From Candidatus Omnitrophota bacterium (GTDB lineage Bacteria > Omnitrophota > Gorgyraeia > Gygaellales > Profunditerraquicolaceae): a stretch of 64,000 bases of DNA. Location: positions 62,612 through 126,611 of the forward strand of contig JAPLLW010000012.1 in assembly GCA_026387355.1 (NCBI GenBank), given 5' to 3'. Made by a program: the position numbers and the translations under genes. The notes below the pieces were generated by a model. It had not been told where the DNA came from and ran no database searches. It was given only the letters and a program-made list of their open reading frames with translations. Each line of letters begins with the position of its first letter. Position 1 is the first letter of the stretch. This document shows, one piece after another, positions 56,648 through 64,000 of this stretch.

Positions 56648-58573
56648 ATGTCAAGTGTCGAAAAGAAATCTATAGATTTAGCTTCGCAGGAGATGTTGCA
56701 AAAGGCCCAGGAAGAAAATATTAAAACTGCCTGGGATAGATTGGAATCGCAAGAGCCGCAATGCGGTTTTGGTAAATTAGGTGTATGTTGTACGGTCTGC
56801 GATATGGGCCCCTGTAGGGTGGATCCTTTTGGAGAAGGGGCTCAAACCGGGGTATGTGGTGCCGGAGCTGATACTATCGCAGCCAGAAATTTAGCGCGCA
56901 AGGTTGCGGTAGGCGGTTCAGCGCATTCCGATCATGGAAGGGATGTAGCGCATACGCTTTCTTTAGCTAGCCAGGTACATACACATGGCAAGTCTAAAAC
57001 TCATACACATGATTATGAAATATTAGATTTAGAAAAACTTAAAAGTTTAGCTCTGGAGTTTGGTGTAAACATTGATCAGTCAAAAGAGCAGATTGCCAAG
57101 GAGCTATCTAAAAAGCTACTCGAAGAATTCGGTAAACAAGAGGGGGAGCTTACTTTTTGCAAGCGCGCCCCAAAAAAACGCCAGGAGATCTGGAAGAAGT
57201 TAGGTATTACTCCGCGCGGTATAGATAGGGAAGTAGTTGAGCTTTTGCATACCACTACCATGGGTATGGATAATGATTATAAGAATCTTGTCACAAGCAG
57301 TATGCGCGGCGCTCTCTCTGACGGCTGGGGCGGCTCGATGATTGCAACTGAAGTGCAGGATATTATGTTGGGTAGCCCTGTGCCGATAAGGGGCAAGGTT
57401 AATCTTGGCGTATTAAAAGAGAATTATGTTAATATCCTCGTGCACGGACATGAACCGGTTTTATCTGAGATGGCGGTAAAGGCTGTGCAGGATCCGGAGT
57501 TAATAGCACTAGCTAAAAAGTTAGGCGCTGAAGGGATCAATTTAGCCGGGATCTGTTGTACTGCTAATGAAATCTTGATGCGTAACGGCATCCCTGTAGC
57601 CGGTAATTTTCTACAACAGGAATTAGCTATTATTACAGGTGCTGTTGAGTTAATGATGGTCGATGTGCAGTGTATCATGCCGGCTTTGCATGAGGTTACC
57701 AGTTGTTTTCATACTAAGCTTGTTACTACCAGTCCCAAGGCGCGTTTTCCCGGAGTTCAGCACATCGAGTTCGAAACTAAAAACGCTTATGAAATTGCCA
57801 AGCAGATTATAAAAATCGGAGTTGAGAATTTTGCCAATAGAAACAAATCAAGGGTAAATATTCCCAAGCACGAGGTTGATCTTGTCGCTGGTTTTACTAA
57901 AGAAGGCGTGTCTAAGATGTTGGGTGGTGTTTATCGTCCATCATATAGGCCTTTGAATGAGGCAATTATTGCTGGAAAGATCCGCGGCCTGGCCGGGGTA
58001 GTCGGTTGTAATAACCCCAAACAGACGCATGATCATTTTCATACAACTTTAGTTAAAGAACTGATTAAGAATGATGTCTTGGTTCTACAGACCGGCTGTT
58101 CTGCTATTGCTTGCGCTAAGCAAGGATTACTCGTTCCCGAAGCAGCTAAGCTTTATGCGGGGAAAGGTTTACTTGAGATTTGCGAGGCAGTGGGAATTCC
58201 CCCGGTTCTGCATTTAGGTTCTTGCGTAGATAACTCCCGTATTTTAGTGGCAGCCTCTCAGGTTATTGCAGAAGGTGGCTTAGGAGAAGATTTATCGGAT
58301 ATTCCCGCGGCAGGTTGTGCACCTGAGTGGATGTCGGAGAAGGCAATTACTATCGGATTCTATTTTGTAGCTTCCGGAGTCTATACTATTTTCGGCTCAA
58401 GCCCGTTTGCAACACTGGGTAGCCCCAACCTTACAAATTATCTAACTAAGGAATTAGAGCAGGTTGTCGGAGGCAGATTTGAATTTTGCGATGATCCCTT
58501 AGAGATGGCGCAGTTGATGATCGCGCATATTGATAAAAAACGCGCAGCATTAAAATTAAAGGCCTGGGGATAA
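56648..58573 (+). CDS. cooS: Anaerobic carbon-monoxide dehydrogenase catalytic subunit (CooS / AcsA)
   Basis: The N-terminal cluster motifs 'CGFGKLGVCCTVCDMGPCR', the mid-protein 'GHEP' and 'GCNNP', and the C-cluster ligands. It is 641 aa. Confidence 0.85.
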   Translation: MSSVEKKSIDLASQEMLQKAQEENIKTAWDRLESQEPQCGFGKLGVCCTVCDMGPCRVDPFGEGAQTGVCGAGADTIAARNLARKVAVGGSAHSDHGRDVAHTLSLASQVHTHGKSKTHTHDYEILDLEKLKSLALEFGVNIDQSKEQIAKELSKKLLEEFGKQEGELTFCKRAPKKRQEIWKKLGITPRGIDREVVELLHTTTMGMDNDYKNLVTSSMRGALSDGWGGSMIATEVQDIMLGSPVPIRGKVNLGVLKENYVNILVHGHEPVLSEMAVKAVQDPELIALAKKLGAEGINLAGICCTANEILMRNGIPVAGNFLQQELAIITGAVELMMVDVQCIMPALHEVTSCFHTKLVTTSPKARFPGVQHIEFETKNAYEIAKQIIKIGVENFANRNKSRVNIPKHEVDLVAGFTKEGVSKMLGGVYRPSYRPLNEAIIAGKIRGLAGVVGCNNPKQTHDHFHTTLVKELIKNDVLVLQTGCSAIACAKQGLLVPEAAKLYAGKGLLEICEAVGIPPVLHLGSCVDNSRILVAASQVIAEGGLGEDLSDIPAAGCAPEWMSEKAITIGFYFVASGVYTIFGSSPFATLGSPNLTNYLTKELEQVVGGRFEFCDDPLEMAQLMIAHIDKKRAALKLKAWG

Positions 58574-58578
58574 TTTTT

Positions 58579-59025
58579 ATGAAGAAGTTATTCTATGAAG
58601 TTAAAAAATGCCTGGGTTGTAAATCTTGTGAAGTTGCCTGCGCAGTTGCGCATTCGGCTAGTGGAGATTTATTCAAGGTTTTTCATGAAGAAAAGCTATC
58701 TCTACCTAGAAAGAAGGTTCTTTCATCCAAAGGAAATAATTATCCGGTATCCTGTCGTCATTGTAAAGACCCTAAGTGTGTGGATGCCTGTATGGCTGCG
58801 GCATTAGTTTATGATACTAAAAGCGGTATTGTCGAACACATAGAAGAGCGTTGCGTGGGTTGCTGGATGTGTGTGATGGTCTGTCCGTATGGAGCGATTC
58901 GTCCTAATATTAAATCAAAGTTGCCTTTACGTTGCGATAAATGCAAGGATAAGCTTGAGCCTGCCTGTGTTAAGGCTTGTCCAACGCAAGCAGTGATCTG
59001 GCAGGAAGAGGAAGTGGCCCGATGA
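58579..59025 (+). CDS. cooF: 4Fe-4S ferredoxin-type iron-sulfur protein (CooF-like)
   Basis: Multiple CxxCxxC...CP motifs ('CLGCKSCEVAC', 'CRHCKDPKCVDAC', 'CVGCWMCVMVCP', 'CDKCKD...CVKACP'). Confidence 0.75.
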   Translation: MKKLFYEVKKCLGCKSCEVACAVAHSASGDLFKVFHEEKLSLPRKKVLSSKGNNYPVSCRHCKDPKCVDACMAAALVYDTKSGIVEHIEERCVGCWMCVMVCPYGAIRPNIKSKLPLRCDKCKDKLEPACVKACPTQAVIWQEEEVAR

Positions 59026-60287
59026 AAAATTATCTTATAATCGGAAATTCAGCAGCAGGGATTTCTGCCGTAGAAGCGATAAGAAGTAAGGATAAGGAAT
59101 CCAAGATCACGCTTTTATCAAGCGAAGATTACCCCGGGTATTGCCGTTGCTTAATCTCGTATTTTCTGGCTGGGCAGATAAAAGAGGATAAACTTTTATA
59201 CCGGCCAGAGAGTTTTTATAAAGATAATAATGTTGAATTGTTCTTAAATAAAAAAGTAAGCCGGGTTGACCCTAAAAAGAATAAAGTTGTCTGTGAAGAC
59301 AGGACTCAAATAAGTTATGATCAGTTGTTAATTGCTACGGGTTCTTCACCAAAGTTTCCCGAGATACAGGGTATTAAGAAAAAAGGGGTTTTTGGTTTAC
59401 GTACGGTTAAAGATACTAAAGAGATTGATGGATTGCTTCCTATAACCAGAGCAGCAGCCGTATTAGGGGGCGGGTTAGTCGGCCTTAAAGCAGCTTATGC
59501 CCTTAAGAAAAGAGGGGTAGATGTAAAGGTTGTGATTAAATCAGACCAGGTTTTATCGCAGATGCTCGATTTTGAGGCAGCTTTATTTGTGCAGAAGAGA
59601 TTAGAGGAGAATGGTATTGATGTAGTCTTGGGTCAGGACGTAAAAGAGATTATCGGCGAAGGGGATATCCGGGCGGTAAAATTAAGCTCCGGCAAGACTT
59701 TTGAGGCCTCTTTAATTGTTGTAGGTAAAGGTGTTTCGCCGAACATTGATTTAGTTAAGGATGCCGAGATAAAAACCGGCGAAGGTATAGTTACGGATAA
59801 ACTATTGCAGACAAATGTTCCGAATATTTATGCCTCAGGTGATGTAGCTGAGACTTTTGATATAACTATCGGAAAGTATGCGGTTAATGCGCTTTGGCCG
59901 GTTGCGATTGAACAGGGCAGGATCGCAGGTGCGAATATGACAGGAGATGCTATTAACTACGACGGTTCTTTAGGTATAAATTCCATCGAATTTTTTGGCC
60001 TTCCTACCGTATCTTTAGGGATTTATAAAAAAGATAAAGCAGATACTTCCCTTGAGGAGTTAAAATTAAGCGATGCCAAATCAGGCAAATACAAAAAACT
60101 GACATTGAGAGGTAATTTACTGATAGGTGCGATTTTAGTAGGAGATATAAAATCAAGCGGTCTATTTTTGAGATTAATAAGAGAGAAGATAGATATCTCA
60201 CCTATAAAAGATAAGCTACTTGAAGAAAACTTTGGATTTCCTGATTTATTAGAACTCATAAAAGATAAGGAGAAGATTTATGTCTAA
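58977..60287 (+). CDS. FAD/NAD(P)-dependent pyridine nucleotide-disulfide oxidoreductase (the CooS-associated oxidoreductase type)
   Basis: FAD-binding 'YLIIGNSAAGISAVEAI' and NAD-binding 'AAAVLGGGLVGLKAAYAL', plus the typical cooS-cooF-oxidoreductase gene order. Confidence 0.8.
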   Translation: MSNASSDLAGRGSGPMKNYLIIGNSAAGISAVEAIRSKDKESKITLLSSEDYPGYCRCLISYFLAGQIKEDKLLYRPESFYKDNNVELFLNKKVSRVDPKKNKVVCEDRTQISYDQLLIATGSSPKFPEIQGIKKKGVFGLRTVKDTKEIDGLLPITRAAAVLGGGLVGLKAAYALKKRGVDVKVVIKSDQVLSQMLDFEAALFVQKRLEENGIDVVLGQDVKEIIGEGDIRAVKLSSGKTFEASLIVVGKGVSPNIDLVKDAEIKTGEGIVTDKLLQTNVPNIYASGDVAETFDITIGKYAVNALWPVAIEQGRIAGANMTGDAINYDGSLGINSIEFFGLPTVSLGIYKKDKADTSLEELKLSDAKSGKYKKLTLRGNLLIGAILVGDIKSSGLFLRLIREKIDISPIKDKLLEENFGFPDLLELIKDKEKIYV

Positions 60288-62460
60288 GATTGTGGCAACT
60301 TTAGCGATTCAAGGAGCAGCCAAGCTTTATGCTCAGGCCTTTGATTCTTTAAATAAAGCAATTAAAGAAAAAGGTGAGAACCAAAAGATAGGTTTTCCTG
60401 AGACGGCATTTTATCTGCCTATGGCAAATGCACTTTTGGGTGCTAAGGTTGAGACCTTAAAAGATGCGCTGCCTATTTTGGAGCACGCTAAAAGTTTAAT
60501 TAAAGAAGTTCCTTCCGAAAAAGTATGGCTTCCTTATTTAGGTGATGCATTGGATGCCGGTATGGCGGCTTTATTCTGCGAAGAGATAATTGTTGCTTTG
60601 CGTTATTTATATGGCATAGATCCGGAGAAGGATTGCGTGGGGTTTTGCACGGATTCTATTTTGCGCCAGCTAGGAATTCAGCTTGTTGATGGCCGTATGC
60701 CCGGAGTTGCGCTTATATTAGGAGCTGCTCCTGATAACAAAAAGGCTGTTGAGATAGTCAGGCAATTGCAGGAGAAGAATATTCTTACTTTTGTTGGATC
60801 ATCAACTAACGGCCGTTCGATTATCGACCAGCTTCTGGAAGAGAATGTAGAGATGGGCTGGGAGAATTATATTGTTCCTTACGGTCGCGATACCATCTCT
60901 TCTATATATGTATTAAATTTTGCTATACGGTCTACTTTGACATTCGGTGGGATTAAAGCAGGCCAGGCGCAGAAATGCCTTGCCTATACCCGAGATCGCG
61001 TTCTTGCTTTTGGTCTGGCTTTAGGAGCAGTTGATGAATACAAGGTTGCAACCGGCGCCGGAGCTATAGCTATGGGTTTTCCGGTTATCGCTGATACAGA
61101 TATCCCAGAGATAAAGGCATCTGGCGTGACTACCTATGAAGCGTTGGTAAAAGAGCTTGATTACAAAAAAATTGTCTGGCGCGCTCTTGAAGTAAGAGGA
61201 ATCAAGGTGAAGGTAAGCAATATTCCTGTGCCGGTTGCTTATGCAGCGGCATTTGAGGGAGAGAGGGTGCGTAAAGAACAGTTGCATGTTGAGTTTGGCG
61301 GTAAGGCAAGCACTGCTTTTGAGTTTCTTTCTACCGGTAAAGCAGATGAACTAGAGGATGGCAAAATAGAATTAATCGGTTCGGATATTGATCAGTTGCC
61401 TAAAGGGAGCAAGTCTTTACCTTTAGCTATAATTGTTGAGGTTTCCGGCAGAAAGATGCAAAAAGATTTTGAGCCGATCTTAGAACGTCAGATCCACCGT
61501 TTTACAAATTACGCCATGGGTTTAATGCATGTAGGCCAGCGCGATATGAGCTGGGTCAGGATTAGTAATGATGCTTTTGCTAAGGGTTTTCGTCTAAAGC
61601 ACCTGGGTGTAATTATCCATGCTATGTTGCACCAGGAGTACAGTGCTATCGTAGATAAAGTGCAAGTGAAGTTATATACTACCCAATCTGATGTTGATAA
61701 ATTGCTCGTGCATGCAAAAAAGGTTTATGAGGAGCGCGATGAGCGTATCGGTGAAATGACTGATGAAAGCGTAGATACTTATTATTCATGTTTATTGTGT
61801 CAGTCATTTGCGCCTAATCATGTTTGCGTTGTTACTCCAGAGAGGCTTGGTCTTTGCGGAGCGTATTCTTGGCTGGATGCCAAGGCTTCTTTTGAGATTA
61901 CTCCTACCGGGCCAAACCAGCCGATTTTAAAAGGCAGTACGCTTGATAAAAGATTAGGCCAGTGGGAGAATGTGAATGAATTTGTAAAACAAAAGTCAAA
62001 TAAGAGCGTAGAAACTGTGAGTATGTATTCGCTTATGGATTCTCCTCAGACATCCTGCGGTTGCTTTGAATGTATACTTGCAATAATCCCCGAGGCTAAC
62101 GGGGTAATGATTGTGAACCGCGATTATTCAGGCTTGACTCCTTCGGGGATGAGTTTTACTACTTTAGCCGGTTCGGTTGGAGGAGGGGTACAGACTCCGG
62201 GATTCTTGGGTGTAGGTAAATTATATATTTTAAGTAAGAAATTTATTTATGCCGAAGGCGGGCTTAAGCGCCTGGTCTGGATGCCCAAAGAATTAAAAGA
62301 ATTGCTAGGAGATAAATTAAAGAAACGTTGTCAGGAGATTGGTGAGCCAGACCTATTGGATAAGATCGCGGATGAGACGAATGCTACAACCTCTGATGAG
62401 CTATTGAGTTATCTAGCTAAGGTGGGTCATCCGGCACTTGCTATGGATGCATTAATGTAA
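60280..62460 (+). CDS. acsB: Acetyl-CoA synthase (CODH/ACS complex A-cluster subunit AcsB/CdhC)
   Basis: The A-cluster Cys ligands 'CLLCQSFAPNHVCVV...LCGAY' and the Ni-binding 'SCGCFECILAI' (Cys-Gly-Cys). It is 726 aa. Confidence 0.85.
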   Translation: MSKIVATLAIQGAAKLYAQAFDSLNKAIKEKGENQKIGFPETAFYLPMANALLGAKVETLKDALPILEHAKSLIKEVPSEKVWLPYLGDALDAGMAALFCEEIIVALRYLYGIDPEKDCVGFCTDSILRQLGIQLVDGRMPGVALILGAAPDNKKAVEIVRQLQEKNILTFVGSSTNGRSIIDQLLEENVEMGWENYIVPYGRDTISSIYVLNFAIRSTLTFGGIKAGQAQKCLAYTRDRVLAFGLALGAVDEYKVATGAGAIAMGFPVIADTDIPEIKASGVTTYEALVKELDYKKIVWRALEVRGIKVKVSNIPVPVAYAAAFEGERVRKEQLHVEFGGKASTAFEFLSTGKADELEDGKIELIGSDIDQLPKGSKSLPLAIIVEVSGRKMQKDFEPILERQIHRFTNYAMGLMHVGQRDMSWVRISNDAFAKGFRLKHLGVIIHAMLHQEYSAIVDKVQVKLYTTQSDVDKLLVHAKKVYEERDERIGEMTDESVDTYYSCLLCQSFAPNHVCVVTPERLGLCGAYSWLDAKASFEITPTGPNQPILKGSTLDKRLGQWENVNEFVKQKSNKSVETVSMYSLMDSPQTSCGCFECILAIIPEANGVMIVNRDYSGLTPSGMSFTTLAGSVGGGVQTPGFLGVGKLYILSKKFIYAEGGLKRLVWMPKELKELLGDKLKKRCQEIGEPDLLDKIADETNATTSDELLSYLAKVGHPALAMDALM

Positions 62461-62469
62461 TATTTTCTC

Positions 62470-62497
62470 TTGACGCAATAGATTTAAGGTATATAAT
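62470..62497 (+). promoter_or_regulatory. Putative sigma70 promoter (TTGACG, 16-nt spacer, TATAAT) upstream of the TPR gene
   Basis: A near-consensus -35 at 62470-62475 and -10 at 62492-62497 in the 45-bp gap after acsB. Confidence 0.35.
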
Positions 62498-62505
62498 TAT
62501 TAATA

Positions 62506-63270
62506 ATGAAGGCCAAGCAAACCCACGGAGAAAACTTGAAAAAAACAATCCTGATTTTAAGCTGTTTTTTATTTCTACTTGCTACTTATATCTTTGCAGC
62601 AGATGATCTTGGGGATAAAAGAAATAAAGCGCTTACTGATCTACAGCTTCAAGCCAGGGATTATCGCGAGCAAGGTTTAAAGATGCAGGAAGTAGGGGAT
62701 TTGGATGCTGCCACGAAGCTATATCAGAAATCAGAACAGCTTGATCCATCCTATGCGGTTGTCTGTAATGATCTGGGCATTATTTATGAAGCTAAAGGCG
62801 AGATAGATAGGGCAGAAGAAAGTTATCTTAAGTCTATAAATATCGACCCGCATTATTTGAGCGCTTATAGCAACTTGGCTATTCTTTATGAAGGGGAGCG
62901 TAAATTAGGTAAGGCTGCTTTTTGTTGGAAGAGAAGGGTTGATTTAGGGGATCCCAAAGACCCCTGGACTTTAAAAGCTAGGCAGCGTTTAGAGGATATC
63001 CGTCTTGCTTTATCTCCTAGGCCTTCCTCAGAGACTCAGGAAAGAGAAGTTGTCGGTCTTATGAAAGATGTTACAAACGAGAAATACGTTGTAAGGCATG
63101 ATGATAAGGCATTCGCCAGGAAGAAATTCCAGGAGGCAAAATTTAGCTATGGTAAAGAAGATTACGCTACGGCCTTACAAGATGCATCAGATGCTCAGTT
63201 TCTGGACCCGGATAATAAAGAAATAGATGCTTTTATTGTGAAAACCCAGAATAGGGCGTTAACACAATAA
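62506..63270 (+). CDS. Secreted or membrane-anchored tetratricopeptide-repeat protein
   Basis: An N-terminal hydrophobic segment and TPR-like repeats ('AATKLYQKSEQLDPSYAVVCNDLGIIYEAKGEIDRAEESYLKSINIDPHY...'). Confidence 0.7.
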   Translation: MKAKQTHGENLKKTILILSCFLFLLATYIFAADDLGDKRNKALTDLQLQARDYREQGLKMQEVGDLDAATKLYQKSEQLDPSYAVVCNDLGIIYEAKGEIDRAEESYLKSINIDPHYLSAYSNLAILYEGERKLGKAAFCWKRRVDLGDPKDPWTLKARQRLEDIRLALSPRPSSETQEREVVGLMKDVTNEKYVVRHDDKAFARKKFQEAKFSYGKEDYATALQDASDAQFLDPDNKEIDAFIVKTQNRALTQ

Positions 63271-63321
63271 AAAACCACAGATAATTCTCCTCCCAAAAAT
63301 TGAATTCCAATTGTTGTATTA

Positions 63322-64000
63322 ATGAATAAAAAACGATTATATTTACTTGATGCAACCGCTTTTTGTTATCGTGCATTCTACGCAATAAGGGGATTGTCTA
63401 CTTCTTTTGGCCAGCCTACAGGCGCAATTTACGGTTTTCTAAATATACTAAATAAGATTATAAAGGATAAGAAGCCCGATTATTTAGCAGCTTGCTTTGA
63501 TGTCTCTCGCGATACATTTAGGTCAAGGAAATTCGCAGAATATAAGATTCAAAGGCCGAGTATGCCGGATGACTTGGTCTCGCAGATTCCGATTATTAAA
63601 GAGATAATTGCCTATTACGGGATTACCATATTTGAGAAACCTGGTTACGAAGCAGATGATTTAATCGCAACCCTTGCCTGTTTGGCTAAGGTAAAAGGAA
63701 TAAACACGACAATTGTTAGTTCCGATAAAGATATATTGCAGCTGGTAGATAAAGATATTGAAGTTTTTAATCCCTATAAAGAAGAGGGGATAATTTATGA
63801 TGAAGATGAAGTACTTAAGCGTTTTGGAGTTAAGCCGGACCAGATTGTTGACTTGATCAGTCTTATGGGTGATGCAGCAGATAATATTGCGAGTGTCCCG
63901 GGTATCGGAGAAAAAACCGCGGTTGAGTTGATTAAAGAGTTTGGTTCGGTAGATAAGCTATTAAAAGAACTCGATAAAATTAAGAAACCTAAAGTCAGGG
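63322..64000 (+). CDS. polA: DNA polymerase I, 5'-3' exonuclease N-terminal part (3'-truncated by the window end)
   Basis: 'LYLLDATAFCYRAFYAI...GQPTGAIYGFLN' is the PolA/FEN N-terminus. The ORF runs open to the window edge. Confidence 0.8.
   Translation, partial: MNKKRLYLLDATAFCYRAFYAIRGLSTSFGQPTGAIYGFLNILNKIIKDKKPDYLAACFDVSRDTFRSRKFAEYKIQRPSMPDDLVSQIPIIKEIIAYYGITIFEKPGYEADDLIATLACLAKVKGINTTIVSSDKDILQLVDKDIEVFNPYKEEGIIYDEDEVLKRFGVKPDQIVDLISLMGDAADNIASVPGIGEKTAVELIKEFGSVDKLLKELDKIKKPKVR

Overview
The window is a 64-kb stretch of a low-GC bacterial chromosome in which every gene I can support (about 60) is on the + strand. Start and stop codons overlap by 4 to 50 nt at more than 25 junctions. 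Gene content points to a Gram-negative-type, anaerobic, acetogen-like organism, possibly a candidate-phylum lineage such as Omnitrophota, though that is inference only.

Read left to right, the window contains:
- a XerC/D recombinase;
- a roughly 20-kb lipid A / Kdo / heptose / LPS-core super-cluster (waaA, lpxK, an LpxL–Elm1 fusion, a GT4–GT9 fusion, GT4, a polysaccharide deacetylase, GT9, a tandem GT9–GT9, a deoxyhypusine-synthase-like ORF, the hldE kinase domain, kdsB, kdsA, kdsD, kdsC, an lptA-like gene and lptB);
- a trigger factor without a PPIase domain, then clpP;
- serine biosynthesis (class-V aminotransferase, serA);
- a secreted fusion of a nucleotidase-like domain with thioredoxin-like domains;
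- a LeuA-family synthase and purA;
- an OmpA-like lipoprotein;
- a DUF4912–GH57 pair;
- an isoprenoid and envelope block (uppS, cdsA, dxr, rseP, ispG);
- a lone CpaF-like ATPase;
- proS (no editing domain), rimP, nusA, infB, trpS, scpA and ruvB;
- a queuosine block (queH, a GHL10 gene, queA, tgt);
- trmD, rplS, rnhB and yraN;
- a Wood-Ljungdahl module (FTCD-like cyclohydrolase, folD, metF, cooS/acsA, cooF, an FAD oxidoreductase, acsB);
- a TPR protein and the 5' end of polA.

The main structure not explained by the genes is a family of GC-rich modular intergenic repeats with imperfect terminal inverted repeats (MITE-like, or a structured RNA). Copies sit directly after the stops of the tandem-GT9 gene, ruvB, queA and folD. 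Two roughly 150-bp copies are about 85% identical, and a second module containing GTGACAGGACCCG occurs at three of the four loci, in both orientations.

No CRISPR array, tRNA or rRNA was detected.
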